A DNA stretch of 63,921 nucleotides, the filler included, from an uncultured virus (IMG/VR IMGVR_UViG_2049941000_000289) (Duplodnaviria > Heunggongvirae > Uroviricota > Caudoviricetes). It is 14 parts of one record of this genome, joined end to end, with 100 filler letters (N's around TTAATTAATTAA, not from the genome) between each part and the next. Parts side by side here need not be neighbours in the genome. Positions count along the whole stretch, not along the records: positions 31,369 to 37,603 come from IMGVR_UViG_2049941000_000289; positions 37,704 to 48,896 come from IMGVR_UViG_2049941000_000289; 12 more parts are not named here. The stretch is one strand, 5' to 3'. Positions 35,393-46,968 of this stretch are shown here, in pieces. The stretch's first letter is position 1, and each line of letters starts with the position of its first letter. The position numbers and the translations under genes were made by a program. The notes below the pieces were generated by a model. That model saw only the letters and a list, made by a program, of their open reading frames with translations. It had not been told where the DNA came from and did not search any database.

Positions 35393-35820
35393 AGCTTCTG
35401 TACCTCCTCATCGAACTTCTGCCGCATCGCTTCAATGCATGCAGCCTTGGACGCTGTTTTCGCCGGTTTCAGAAACGGCTTTGCAGGCTGTCCGTGACGC
35501 CCGTACTCGAGGATGTTCGCAATCTTCGCGTTGCTCTTGCCCCCGGAGCGCGGTTCAGCAAAGCCGACTTTGATGTTGTGATTTCCGCTCCGGTCGAGCT
35601 TCACCGTAGATACGCCAAGCGAAGAGAGCAGTTGCCCCGTTGACCGGGAGGGGAGTTTCGTTCCGCTGCCGATCACCCCGGAAAGTCGGGAACGGACATT
35701 CGTTTCGACGACCTCGGCACCTGCTTCCAGAACGCTTTCCGCGATCCGGTCCTCTTCGGAGCCGAGGCGCTGGATGCTTTTCAGGAAGTTCTCCGGCATC
35801 TGGATATCCGCTTTAGCCAC
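35389..35820 (-). CDS. HK97 gp10-family protein lineage B
   Basis: ILEYGRHGQPAKPFLKPA. Confidence 0.85.
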   Translation of the reverse strand: MAKADIQMPENFLKSIQRLGSEEDRIAESVLEAGAEVVETNVRSRLSGVIGSGTKLPSRSTGQLLSSLGVSTVKLDRSGNHNIKVGFAEPRSGGKSNAKIANILEYGRHGQPAKPFLKPAKTASKAACIEAMRQKFDEEVQKL

Positions 35821-37703
35821 GGGAACTCACCACCTTTTTTGCCAGCACTTCGATGTACATGCCTCTGCCGCCAACGTTCTCCACCGAGATGATGTCGAAC
35901 CGTTCGCCGTCGCACAGGATGTACTGGCCGGTCGTNNNNNNNNNNTTTCGTGCCGCGATACAGCGATTCCGTGATGGCCGTCTTATATTCGCCAAGGTCG
36001 GAAGGCAACGTCAGAAGCTCGACCTCGTCCGTGGTGAGGACGTGCTTCGGTTTGTCGGCGTGCTTCAGGTTGTAGATCAGGATGCTCTGATTGGCCAGAA
36101 GCGTGATGAGCCACACGATCTCGCTGATCGCCATCTCAAAGTTTTCACCCTTTAAGAGCTTATCCCCGAGATTCTCAAGGCCGCCGTATCTTCCGGCGAT
36201 CTCCCTGGTAGCCCTCGTGGTCAGAATGAGCTCGTACTCATCCCCGCCAATGTTGATGAACGCGCTGCGATCGTTTTCCATACAGTGCCTCCTCAGGTGG
36301 TTGCGGCAGGTTCATAGACCGCGTTGTACCAGGCGCTGATCACGCTGTCGTCAACGCCTTCAGCGCCTTCCGTGACTTCCGCTTTCCACGGGTGATTGTC
36401 GTTATAGTCCACCTTGTTGCGGCGCATGATAGTGCCCTCGATGGTGGGCGTCTGGAAACTGATCGAGTCGCCCTTCGTCTGCAGGTTAGTGGCGGGGATG
36501 CCGAACTTGACGCGGTACAGCCAGTAGTAGCGGTACTTGCCGTTCGATTTCCTTGCACGGAANNNNNNNNNNNNNNNNNNNNNNNNNNNNNNNNNNNNNN
36601 NNNNNNNNNNNNNNNNNNNNNNNNNNNNNNNNNNNNNNNNNNNNNNNNNNNNNNNNNNNNNNNNNNNNNNNNNNNNNNNNNNNNNNNNNNNNNNNNNNNN
36701 NNNNNNNNNNNNNNNNNNNNNNNNNNNNNNNNNNNNNNNNNNNNNNNNNNNNNNNNNNNNNNNNNNNNNNNNNNNNNNNNNNNNNNNNNNNNNNNNNNNN
36801 NNNNNNNNNNNNNNNNNNNNNNNNNNNNNNNNNNNNNNNNNNNNNNNNNNNNNNNNNNNNNNNNNNNNNNNNNNNNNNNNNNNNNNNNNNNNNNNNNNNN
36901 NNNNNNNNNNNNNNNNNNNNNNNNNNNNNNNNNNNNNNNNNNNNNNNNNNNNNNNNNNNNNNNNNNNNNNNNNNNNNNNNNNNNNNNNNNNNNNNNNNNN
37001 NNNNNNNNNNNNNNNNNNNNNNNNNNNNNNNNNNNNNNNNNNNNNNNNNNNNNNNNNNNNNNNNNNNNNNNNNNNNNNNNNNNNNNNNNNNNNNNNNNNN
37101 NNNNNNNNNNNNNNNNNNNNNNNNNNNNNNNNNNNNNNNNNNNNNNNNNNNNNNNNNNNNNNNNNNNNNNNNNNNNNNNNNNNNNNNNNNNNNNNNNNNN
37201 NNNNNNNNNNNNNNNNNNNNNNNNNNATGAGGAACTTGGCGTTCCTGCGATACGGGGACTTGAGGGCGTACACGAGGCTGATGACCTCGTCAGCAGTGAT
37301 CCCGGTCTGGCTGGCAGCGGTGACGCCGACGGTACCGCCGTTTGCGGTGAAGATACCGGTGGGCTGGTTCGTGCCGGTGCCGACGCAGAACGCCTGTTCC
37401 TCGGCAATGCCNNNNNNNNNNCTCGCTGTTCTTATTTACGATTTCTTCTACGATGCTTCCCTGCCGGTTCATTCTGCCAAAGCTCATGCTTACACCTTCC
37501 AATCCCGGTCAAGCCGTAAGAGCAGATTGACCGTATTCCATACCTGCCGCGCTGCCTCCGGGCGATCCGCAAAGAAACCGCCCGTTGACCCGTCGCGGGA
37601 TTCNNNNNNNNNNNNNNNNNNNNNNNNNNNNNNNNNNNNNNNNNNNNTTAATTAATTAANNNNNNNNNNNNNNNNNNNNNNNNNNNNNNNNNNNNNNNNN
37701 NNN

Positions 37704-37979
37704 GTATCCAACCAACCCGTCAAAGCCAAGACCGGGGATATGCAGCACGTCCGACGGCATGAGCACGACCAGGTCTCCCTTTGTCGTATGCGCCTCGTCC
37801 GAGGAGCGCTGGTACTGGTAGTACAGTTGGCCATTGGTGTCCCGGTTCACGCTCATCTTGTTTGCCATGAGCGGGTAGAGACCGACGACCTCGCCTTTGC
37901 CGTTCCGGATGATCTGCGCATACGCGTTGCCGTAGAGCAGCAGGTGCGTCATGAGCGTTTCCCGGAACACGAACGAGCT
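37704..37979 (-). CDS. Portal protein fragment lineage B
   Basis: LLYGNAYAQIIRN...HIPGLGFDGLVG. Confidence 0.88.
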
Positions 37980-38300
37980 NNNNNNNNNNGAACTCACGAA
38001 TGAGGTAGTCCTCGATATCGAACTCGGCATCCTGCAGCAGTTCCACACTGACACGGCAGAGGTCGGTGAGCTTGAACGCATCGATCTGCTTCTGACCGAA
38101 GGTGGGATTACTCTCGGTGTACGCCGCGTTCTCAGCGGTCCACTGCGCGGTGGAGTGGCCGACCGCCACCGGGATCTTGCGCTCGTGATGCGTGGTGATG
38201 ACCTTGGCAAGGCGACGGATCACGTTCTCCTCGTCCAGCGCGGTCACGATGTTGTGCTCAAAGTCCGTCGGAACGAGGAACCCGCCGTCNNNNNNNNNNG

Positions 38301-38570
38301 TTATTTTTCGATTTTATGCATCAGGCCAGCCGCTTTCAATTTGACAAGAAGCGCGTTAAAGTCCTCCTTCAAAGCGGTCACCGTAGTAGCTGTGCTTTCT
38401 TCCTGACCTGCTGCAGGGGTGAAAGGAAGAGGAAGCCCTTCAACCTCGGCTCCCTCTTCAAAGACCAGCGCTCCGCCGATATGCGTTACTTCACCGCCCT
38501 GTTCGGTGTAGTTCAGAGTGTTATGCCCGGTCGGCTCGGGCGGTTGCAGTGTCGGTGCCCATCCTACCAT
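38301..38570 (-). CDS. Head fibre/decoration-like protein (allele 41010-41294)
   Basis: NYTEQGGEVTHIGG...LKEDFNALLVKLKAAGLM, directly after the capsid gene. Confidence 0.7.
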   Translation of the reverse strand: MVGWAPTLQPPEPTGHNTLNYTEQGGEVTHIGGALVFEEGAEVEGLPLPFTPAAGQEESTATTVTALKEDFNALLVKLKAAGLMHKIEK

Positions 38571-38584
38571 ATCCCGTCACCTCC

Positions 38585-39438
38585 TTACGCCTGCTGCAGA
38601 AGTTGGATCGCTTCAGACAGGATGACCTTGCCGTCCACACGCTCGGTGGCAACGTAACCGATCTGGCCGTTGGTGGCGTAGAGCTCATTGAGCCTCTGCA
38701 CGGTGCGGCCTGCACGGTCACCGATCCAGTAGTTTTTGAAGTCACCGAATGCGATGGTAAGCGCACCGGACTGAGCGGTCGGGACATAGGGGCTCGTGTA
38801 GAGCTCGTAACCGAGGAGCTTGTCTGGCTGACCCGCCTGAACGNNNNNNNNNNGTCGGTGAGCTTGAACGCGTCGATCTGCTTCTGACCGAAGGTGGGAT
38901 TGCTCTCGGTGTAGGCAGCGTTCTCAGCAGTCCACTGTGCGGTGGAGTGGCCGACCGCCACGGGGATCTTGCGCTCATGATGCGTAGTGATCACCTTGGC
39001 GAGGCGACGGATCACGTTCTCCTCGTCCAGTGCGGTCACGATGTTGTGCTCAAAGTCCGTCGGAACGAGGAACCCGCCGTCCACATCCGGGCTGGTGGAG
39101 AGCACGTTGTGAAGCAGGGTCTTTCCGCGCAGGTGACGACCGAAGTCCTCCCTATACGCATCCGACGCTCTGCCGGACTTCCTGTCCATCTGCGCCGTCT
39201 TTTCGGGTGCAGCGGTCAGGGGTTCGCTCATCGGCTTGTTGAGCTCGGCCTCATGCGCATCGCGGCGCTCCATACGCTTGACCTCGTTGGTCAGGGCGTC
39301 GAGTTCCGCCTCCATCTTGGAATAGGTCGCATCGTCCTCTGCGGACAGCACGCCCATATCGTTTCTGTGGGTATTGAGAAAACCTTCCATGGTGTTCCAC
39401 AGAGCGGCTCTCTTGTTGCGAAGTTCAGTAATGTTCAT
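38585..39438 (-). CDS. Major capsid protein lineage B (gapped; other pieces at 37228-37411, 37990-38289, 41300-41607)
   Basis: DGGFLVPTDFE, AQWTAEN, FGDFKNYWIGDR, RVDGKVILSEA. Confidence 0.9.
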
Positions 39439-39454
39439 GAAAAGAATCCTCCTG

Positions 39455-40168
39455 TTACAGTAGTTTTTTGTAGAGTTCAGCCTTCAGTTCCTGTACGGAG
39501 CGTCCGGCAGGTTTCGGTTCCGGCTTGCATTTGCCGGAGATCTTGTTGATCAGAGCCTGTTCCACCGCAGAAGCGGAGAACGCATAGCCCTCGGTGTCGT
39601 TACTTTGCTTTTCATCCGTGAGGATGCCGTCCGCAAAGCCAAGCTCCACGGCCCGCTTTGCATTCATCCATGTGGTGTCGTCCATCATGTGGGAAAGCTG
39701 GACCCGGGAAAGTCCGGTCTTCAGTTCATACGCGTTGATGATGCTTTCCTTGACCTCGGAGAGCATGTCGATCGCTTTTTCCATGTCCGCGTGATCGCCA
39801 AACGCCATCGTCGCCGGGTTATGGATCATCATGAGCGCGGTCGGTGCGATCAGCACTTTCGTTCCGGCCATAGCGACAACGGACGCAGCGGAAGCCGCAA
39901 CGCCGTCGATCTTGACCGTGACGTCGCCCTTGTAGTCCATGAGCATGGTGTAGATCTGGCTTGCCGCGATACAGTCGCCGCCGGGTGAATTGATCCAGAC
40001 GGTGATCGGGCCTTCGCCGGAGAAAAGCTCGTCTTTGAACATGGCCGGAGTGATGTCGTCGTCAAACCAGCTTTCTTCGGCAATCGTGCCGTAGAGCTCA
40101 AGAACTCTCTCTGCCGGAGCGTTTCCGTCCGCCTGGTTTATCCAGTTCCAGAACTTCCTGTTCTTCAT
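39455..40168 (-). CDS. ClpP-type prohead protease lineage B
   Basis: WINSPGGD, IDGVAASAAS, MMIHNP; complete ORF. Confidence 0.92.
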   Translation of the reverse strand: MKNRKFWNWINQADGNAPAERVLELYGTIAEESWFDDDITPAMFKDELFSGEGPITVWINSPGGDCIAASQIYTMLMDYKGDVTVKIDGVAASAASVVAMAGTKVLIAPTALMMIHNPATMAFGDHADMEKAIDMLSEVKESIINAYELKTGLSRVQLSHMMDDTTWMNAKRAVELGFADGILTDEKQSNDTEGYAFSASAVEQALINKISGKCKPEPKPAGRSVQELKAELYKKLL

Positions 40169-40229
40169 CGGTTCCGTCCTCCTTTCCATCGGATTGGGTA
40201 TTTGCAAAAGCACCCGCCTNNNNNNNNNN

Positions 40230-40716
40230 TGGTTCCGTCCTCCTTTCCATCGGATTGGGTATCTGCAAAAGCACCCGCCTTGGATAGCGGGAGCATGTTG
40301 CCGTTTACGAGATAGAGATCGCCGCCGTCCTCTTCGGATATGCGGTCGAGGTTCTCCAGTTCCCGGATGTCATTTGCGCTCATCCAGCCGTTCTGTCTTG
40401 CCGTGGCATACCCGGACATCCGGCTCTGGTAGTCGCCCCGGAGCAGGCCTTCCACATTGAATTTCACGAAGTACTTCTGCTTCTCCGAGGGCAGGAGCAG
40501 GGAACGCTGGATCGACTGCTCCCATCTCACGACCCACGGATCGAGCGTGTACTTCACGAACTCGAGGGATTGCTGCTCTATATTGGAAAAGCTCGACTTC
40601 TCAAGATCTCCGACCATGTGCGGCGGGACCCTGAAGATTCGAGCTATCTCGTTGATCTGGAATTTGCGCGTTTCAAGGAACTGTGCCTGCTCCGGAGAAA
40701 TGGAGATCGGCGTGTA
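40230..40716 (-). CDS. Portal protein C-terminal fragment lineage B (N-terminus 41618-41962)
   Basis: QFLETRKFQ...GLLRGDYQSR...ANDIRELENL. Confidence 0.9.
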
Positions 40717-40865
40717 NNNNNNNNNNCGTCGCCACAGCACCGTCTATTTTCTCGGTAGACTTCTCCTTGTCCGGTTTGATGTTCCCGGCAGGATCGGTCC
40801 GCACGTAGATGTTGTCCATCATCCAGCGGAGCACCGGATGCCCGGCGTGGGCGATNNNNNNNNNN

Positions 40866-40991
40866 TGTCTCGATATGCTGATAGCTTTCCGCATAGGATA
40901 CGGCGGCAGAGATGTACATCAGAAGCAGTTCATCGTCTACCGAATGACCCAGAATCAGATTCGCTTTTACTTTTTCAAGCAGCGTGTTCAT
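40866..40991 (-). CDS. gp6-like head-tail connector N-terminus
   Basis: LLEKVKANLIL...AAVSYAESYQH. Confidence 0.8.
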
Positions 40992-41980
40992 TTCTGCCGC
41001 CTCCTTTCATCACACAACAGTGACTTCTCCTTCATCCATAAGGCCGGACGCTACCAGTTTCATGAGCAGATCATTGAAGTCATCTTTGAGAGCTGCCACA
41101 GTCGTCGCCGAGCTTTGGTCCTGATGATCCATTTTCCGGTAAGGAAGAGGAAGACCCTCAACACAGGCATCTTCCTCAAAGATCAATGTTCCACCGATGT
41201 GCGTTACTTCGCCGCCCTGTTCGGTGTAGTTCAGTGTGTTGTGTCCGGTCGGTTCCGGTTCACGGGGTATCCATTGTATTGCCATTATGCTCACCTCACT
41301 TACGCCTGCTGCAGAAGCTGGATCGCTTCGGGCAGGATGACCTTGCCGTCCACACGCTCGGTCGCAACGTAACCGATCTGGCCGTTGGTGGCATAGAGTT
41401 CGTTGAGTCTCTGCACGGTACGGCCCGCACGGTCACCGATCCAGTAGTTCTTGAAATCACCGAATGCGATGGTGAGTGCACCGGACTGAGCGGTTGGGAC
41501 GTAGGGGCTCGTGTAGAGCTCGTAACCGAGAAGCTTGTCCGGCTGACCGGCCTGAATGGAGGGCTGCCAGAGGTATGCGCCGTTGCCGTCTTTCAGTTTG
41601 CGGAGGANNNNNNNNNNTGCGTAGGCGTTCCCGTAGAGCAGCAGGTGCGTCATGAGCGTTTCCCGGAACACGAATGAACTCATCTCTGGATTCGGCTCGT
41701 CATGCAGCAGCAGATACAGTGGGTGATCGACCGCTTTCTCCTTGCCGCCATCCTCCTTATACCGGTACAGGTGCAGCGGGAGCCCTGCGATCGCTTCCGA
41801 CAGAATACGCACACAGGCGTACACCGCCGTCATCTGCATGGCGCTGCGCTCGTTTACGATCTTGCCGGAGGAGCTCCCGCCCATGTAAAAGGCGAAGCTG
41901 CTGCCGGGCGTTCGGTTCACAGGCTTATCTCTGGATTTGAACAATCCGCTGAAGATTCCCAATCCGTATCACCGTCCTTT

Positions 41981-44541
41981 TCACAAAAATAAAAGACCGC
42001 GCGTATCGTAGACGCTCTCGGTCGTATCGTTCCCGCACCGGATGGCACGGTCGAGTGCCATGATTGTCGCCACGGCACCGTCTATTTTCTCGGTAGACTT
42101 TTCCTTGTCCGGCTTGATGTTCCCAGCGGGATCGGTCCGCACATAGATGTTGTCCATCATCCAGCGGAGCACCGGATGCCCGGCGTGGGCGATGCGCTGC
42201 TCCAGAACCAGCTTCATGAGTTCCTTGGTGGGCGGGCTCATATCCTTGAACCCCTGCCCGAACGGAACGACCGTGAAGCCCATACCCTCAAGGTTCTGCA
42301 CCATTTGCACGGCTCCCCAACGGTCGAACGCGATCTCACGGATGTTGAACCGTTCTCCGAGGCGCTCGATGAACTTCTCGATATAGCCGTAATGGACGAC
42401 GTTTCCTTCCGTGGTCTGCAGGTATCCTTGGCGTTCCCACACATCGTAGGGAACGTGATCCCGGTTGACCCGCTGGCCCATGTTCTCTTCCGGTATCCAA
42501 AAGTAGGGCAGGATCACAAACTTGTCCTCTTCGTCCAACGGCGGGAACACCAGCACAAACGCCGTGATATCCGTCGTGGANNNNNNNNNNTACCATCTGC
42601 ACAGCACCCCAGCGGTCGAATGCGATCTCACGGATGTTGAACCGTTCTCCGAGGCGCTCGATGAACTTTTCGATGTAGCCGTAATGGACGACGTTTCCTT
42701 CCGTGGTCTGCAGGTATCCCTGACGTTCCCATACATCGTAAGGAACATGATCCCGGTTGACTCGCTGATCCATGTTCTCTTCCGGTATCCAGAAGTAGGG
42801 CAGGATCACAAACTTGTCCTCTTCGTCCAATGGCGGGAACACCAGCACAAACGCCGTAATATCCGTCGTGGAGGAGAGGTCGAGACCACCGTAGCAGACC
42901 CGGCCTTCGAGGTCGTCCTCGCTTACCGCAAAGGCGCACCGGTCCCACTTCTCCATAGGCATCCAGCGCACGGCCTGCTTGACCCACTGGTTGAGCCGGA
43001 GCTGCCGGAACGCGTTCTCCTCGGCTGGGTTCTGTTTTGCGGACTCGCAGGCCGCCTTGACCTTGTCGATCCCGACCGTGATCCCGAGCGACGGGTTNNN
43101 NNNNNNNNNNNNNNNNNNNNNTGCGGATGCGCTCGACTGTATCTCTTGAAGGGAAACCGTTCATGGCTGAACCTCCTTTGCAGAATCACGCTTTGCTTTT
43201 TGTGCCGCATTGAAAGCATCGGCTGCGGCCTTGTTCGGGAATGCGGCGCTGCCCGAAAGGTTCTTCATGAGGATCTTCCGCTGTTCCTTGGTGTCATCTC
43301 CAATGAACCCGAGCCGCAGTAAAAACCCTCGGAAGGCGTACTTCTCGCTCTCGACTTCTTTTTCCGTGGCTGTGACCCGTGAGGAAGTCTTCGCCATGCG
43401 GCAAAGTGCGGCAATGAAGGCGGAGTATGCGTTCAGCTCCTCGGGCGTCGGGATGCGGTCGAACCATGGGAAGGAAACCTTCTCTGCATCGGCAGAAACC
43501 GCAAGTCCGGCTGCGCCGAGCGCTTTTTGAATGAGTCGTGCCTTGCTGCCNNNNNNNNNNCGTTACCGTTTTTCCGGAGGTGCTGCCACCCATGTAAAAG
43601 GTGTAGCGAGAGCCGACTGTGCTGTCGGTGGGCTTGTCTCTGGATTTAAATAGTCCACTGAAAATACCCATATCACATCACCGTCCTTTCATAAAAATAA
43701 AAGACCACGAGTGTCGTAGACGCTATCGGTCGTATCGTTGCCGCACCGGATGGCACGGTCCAATGCCATGACAGTTGCCACAGCACCATCGATTTTCTCT
43801 GTAGACTTTTCCTTGTCCGGTTTGATGTTACCGGCGGGATCAGTCCGCACATAAATGTTGTCCATCATCCAGCGAAGCACCGGATGGCCGCCGTGGGCGA
43901 TGCGTTCCTCCAAGACCAGCTTCATCAGCTCTTTGGTCGGAGGGCTCATATCCTTAAAGCCCTGCCCGAAGGGGACGACCGTAAAGCCCATGCCCTCAAG
44001 GTTCTGGACCATCTGCACGGCTCCCCAGCGGTCNNNNNNNNNNCGCCTTCTTCCAGACCTTCGGGTCCGTCCAGTCATCGTTCTCGTCCGCGCCGTAGAT
44101 CACTGGGTAGAAGGTCGGATCGATCTTCCTGCCTTCCAGCAGGTCCTTTGCTTTCTGGTGTGTTTCGTAGCAGATGGACTTCGTGTCCGTACCGGCAGTG
44201 GTTATAAGGAAATACAGCGGCTGCATCCTCGCGTCGCCGGAGCCCTTGGTCATAACGTCAAAGAGCTTCCGGTTCGGCTGGGTGTGCAGCTCGTCAAACA
44301 CCACGCCGTGGATATTGAACCCGTGCTTCGAGTACGCTTCTGCGGACAGCACCTGGTAGAAACTGTTCGTCGGCAGGTACACGATCCGCTTCGTGGCCGT
44401 CAGGATCTTGACCCTGCGATTCAGCGCCGGACACATACGGACCATGTCCGCAGCGACCTCGAATACGATGGATGCCTGCTGCCGATCCGCGGCACATCCG
44501 TAGACCTCTGCACGTTCCTCACCGTCGCCGCATGTGAGCAG
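41981..44541 (-). CDS. Terminase large subunit, multiple allelic fragments (41981-43097, 43689-44541, also 40727-40855)
   Basis: VVFDELH Walker B, ITTAG, GGLDLSSTTD, KIDGAVA. Confidence 0.93.
43161..43550 (-). CDS. Divergent 'virulence-related' protein fragment, followed by a DUF4314-like start
   Basis: FPWF...KYAFRGFLLRLGFIG...LSGSAAF. Confidence 0.75.
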   Translation of the reverse strand, partial: GSKARLIQKALGAAGLAVSADAEKVSFPWFDRIPTPEELNAYSAFIAALCRMAKTSSRVTATEKEVESEKYAFRGFLLRLGFIGDDTKEQRKILMKNLSGSAAFPNKAAADAFNAAQKAKRDSAKEVQP

Positions 44542-44595
44542 NNNNNNNNNNNNNNNNNNNNNNNNNNTTCCGGATGAAATTAATGTTATTGTGAT

Positions 44596-44772
44596 CTATT
44601 CTTCGCCGTAAAGAATGAAGCGGACATACTCTTTACGGTGCTCCTCAATGAATGTCACCAGTTCATAAAGGCCCCGTTCAAATGCAAGCCTTTGGACCAT
44701 ATGCACATCAAACATGTTCGTGAGTCCGGTGTCCCGGATGGCAAGGATCTGTTCCTTAATCTTCCGATCCAT
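44596..44772 (-). CDS. DUF5049-like protein (58 aa), not in the ORF track
   Basis: MDRKIKEQILAIRDTGLTNMFD...EYVRFILYG. Confidence 0.8.
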   Translation of the reverse strand: MDRKIKEQILAIRDTGLTNMFDVHMVQRLAFERGLYELVTFIEEHRKEYVRFILYGEE

Positions 44773-45011
44773 CACTGCACACCTCCAGTCCTGCTATGAG
44801 TTTTGTATAAACGGCAGTGTATCGTTCGCATTCCGATCCTTCCGAACCGGCGATGGCGCAAAGGTAGAAGTCTGCGGCCTCTTTCCTGGAATCCCAGACT
44901 TTTCTTTTTCCATAACAGACGGTGGTGACGGAGTCGAGTTTCCGGACTGTGTCCTCTCCGTAAATGACATTGAGTCCGCTGCCGTTATCCCATCTCATGA
45001 TGAGAGGAACG
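44756..45011 (-). CDS. DUF4314-like protein with C-terminal extension (fragment)
   Basis: WDNGSGLNVIYGED...GSEGSECERY. Confidence 0.7.
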
Positions 45012-45042
45012 NNNNNNNNNNNNNCTCCAAGGTTGTTATTGT

Positions 45043-45318
45043 TTACTGCTGCATCGCCCAGAGGATCGCGTGCCCGTCGTCCTCGAACTCGACCTCGCTT
45101 GCTGCCCGGAGCCCAATCGCGCCTTCGCAGGTGTGATCGTCGGTCAGGAACTCGTAGGTTGCTCCGTAGTAGCAGGGCTTGTTCTTTCCGTTGTAGTAGT
45201 ACCCGGCCAGTACCAGCTTATCGCCAAAGGTCAGGACCTTGCTCCAGCGGGTTTCCAAATCCTCCGAGCAGGTAGGGCTTGGAAGCCGGTACTTTCTCGA
45301 TGCCTCGTTGATCGTCAT
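45043..45318 (-). CDS. Hypothetical cassette protein (91 aa)
   Basis: RBS AAGGAGG; operonic with the 45332 ORF. Confidence 0.7.
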   Translation of the reverse strand: MTINEASRKYRLPSPTCSEDLETRWSKVLTFGDKLVLAGYYYNGKNKPCYYGATYEFLTDDHTCEGAIGLRAASEVEFEDDGHAILWAMQQ

Positions 45319-45331
45319 GTCCGTGTCCTCC

Positions 45332-45559
45332 TTAGCTTTCTTTCTCGATCGTGCCTTTGCCTACCCAAACGCTGCCGTCCGGCCATTTGTAGGAGTCGAA
45401 GGAGTATTCGTGGCTGCCGACCTTGAACCGAATGTAGGTTCTGTCATCGCTGCCTTCCAGAAGGGTGATGCGGTCGAGGGCGGGCTGGAAGCCGTACTCG
45501 CTGTAAAGGGCTGCCTGTGCGGTGCGCTTCAGGTTCATGTTGATCTCGCGGGTTGTCAT
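45332..45559 (-). CDS. Hypothetical cassette protein (75 aa)
   Basis: RBS GGAGG; downstream of a conserved promoter box. Confidence 0.7.
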   Translation of the reverse strand: MTTREINMNLKRTAQAALYSEYGFQPALDRITLLEGSDDRTYIRFKVGSHEYSFDSYKWPDGSVWVGKGTIEKES

Positions 45560-45592
45560 GTTCTTGTCCTCCGTAGTGTGGTTTCCCCTTGG

Positions 45593-45616
45593 GGTAGTGT
45601 ATATATCACTCTAAAA
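45593..45616 (-). promoter_or_regulatory. Conserved promoter-like box, copy 2 (truncated by gap)
   Basis: TTTAGAGTGATATATACACTACC. Confidence 0.7.
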
Positions 45617-45626
45617 NNNNNNNNNN

Positions 45627-45743
45627 ACCGTTTGCTTCGGCAATCTTGGTAGCCGTGCGGGTGAGCTTCCCAAGGCTCTGGATCTCGTGGTCTTCGCCTT
45701 TTTCAAAGGCTGTCTTGCAGTTGGTGTGGTCGATGTAACGCAT
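45627..45743 (-). CDS. Hypothetical cassette protein N-terminus
   Basis: RBS GGAGG; MRYIDHTNCKTAFEKGEDHEIQ. Confidence 0.55.
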
Positions 45744-45776
45744 CGTGGTTTCCTCCGTTTGTGTGTATTTCCTTTC

Positions 45777-45817
45777 GGTAGTGTATATATCACTCTAAAC
45801 GCCTGTAATAGCAAGTC
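45777..45817 (-). promoter_or_regulatory. Conserved promoter-like box, copy 3
   Basis: CTTGCTATT-N7-TTTAGAGTGATATATACACTACC. Confidence 0.75.
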
Positions 45818-45876
45818 ATTTCTGCAATATAAACCGAAGTATTCTACACAAATATTCGGGCTTGGAATTGTGTACT

Positions 45877-46053
45877 TTATGCCTCTCCGTAGAGGATGAA
45901 ATGCACATATTCCTTGCGATGCTCCTCAATGAAGACCACCAGCTCATAGAAGTCTCGCTCGTAGGCCAGCCGCTGCACCATGTTTGTATCAAACATATTC
46001 GTCAAGCCGGTGTCCCGGATGGCGAGGATCTGCTTTTTGATCGTCTCAGTCAT
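45877..46053 (-). CDS. DUF5049-like protein, second allele
   Basis: MTETIKKQILAIRDTGLTNMFD. Confidence 0.8.
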   Translation of the reverse strand: MTETIKKQILAIRDTGLTNMFDTNMVQRLAYERDFYELVVFIEEHRKEYVHFILYGEA

Positions 46054-46276
46054 CGTCGCTCACCACCCTGCAAAGGTCTGCGCCGTATGCGACTGACAGG
46101 CCGGAGCCGTTGTCCCATGCGACCATGATGGAGCCTATGTCATCCACGCCGATGACCGTGCCTTTCGTTCCGATCGGGGGAGCTTGAATATCATCCATCT
46201 CAACGAGCTCCACCCGTGTGCCGGGCGTGTAGCGCCGACGTAAGCCCTCGAGGGCTGCTTTGCTGATCATTCGCAT
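46046..46276 (-). CDS. DUF4314 protein
   Basis: YTPGTRVELVEMDDIQAPPIGTKGTVIGVDDIGSIMVAWDNGSGL. Confidence 0.85.
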   Translation of the reverse strand: MRMISKAALEGLRRRYTPGTRVELVEMDDIQAPPIGTKGTVIGVDDIGSIMVAWDNGSGLSVAYGADLCRVVSDDD

Positions 46277-46947
46277 GTTTCCACCTCCGTTTTCTTCGCG
46301 CCGCTCTTGAAGGCCGAGGACCCGGTGAGGTTCCGGAGCAGAACCTTGCGTTCGGCCTTGTACTCGTTTCCGATGAACCCGAGCCGGAGCAGGAAGCAGC
46401 GGAATGCGTACTTGTCGTTGTCGACCGGCTTCTCCTTGGCGGTGATCCGCTTCTGGTTCCGGGCCATGTCGCAGAGCGCGGTCACAAAGTGCATGTAGGC
46501 CTTGACCTCGTCCGGCGACTCGTACTTTTGGAACCATGGGAAATCCAGCTTCTTGCCTTCGATGTTGATGGGAAGTTCGTCAACCCCGAGCGCCTTCTTG
46601 ATCAGGCTGCCCTTGGCTGCGACCAGGTCATAAAGGTTCTGGAGCTGGCTTTCGGTGAAGATCGAAAGCGGTATCTGGATCGCGACCCCAGTTGGGCTTT
46701 CGTTCTCTTCGGTTCCCGTCTCGGCCTGAAAGCCTGCTGCGGCAAGGGCGATGATGATCGCTTCGATCGTGTCCTGATCCGTGCGCTCGTCGTAGACCAC
46801 CGTGCCATCCTTTTCGACGAGGATGTTGTTTACCGCGTAGGCGCAGGTGGGCATGCCCTTGTAGACCGGCTTCATCCCGATCGTCTTGGAGATGACTGCG
46901 ACCAGTTCTTTGCGATCCGGTCCTGTGGCGTTGTAGTGTAGTTTCAT
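46267..46947 (-). CDS. 'Virulence-related' phage protein of unknown function
   Basis: YKGMPTCAY; FPWF; NDKYAFRCFLLRLGFIG; NLTGSSAFK. Confidence 0.8.
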   Translation of the reverse strand: MKLHYNATGPDRKELVAVISKTIGMKPVYKGMPTCAYAVNNILVEKDGTVVYDERTDQDTIEAIIIALAAAGFQAETGTEENESPTGVAIQIPLSIFTESQLQNLYDLVAAKGSLIKKALGVDELPINIEGKKLDFPWFQKYESPDEVKAYMHFVTALCDMARNQKRITAKEKPVDNDKYAFRCFLLRLGFIGNEYKAERKVLLRNLTGSSAFKSGAKKTEVETCE

Positions 46948-46968
46948 TGGGTTACCTCCTTGTTTTTT

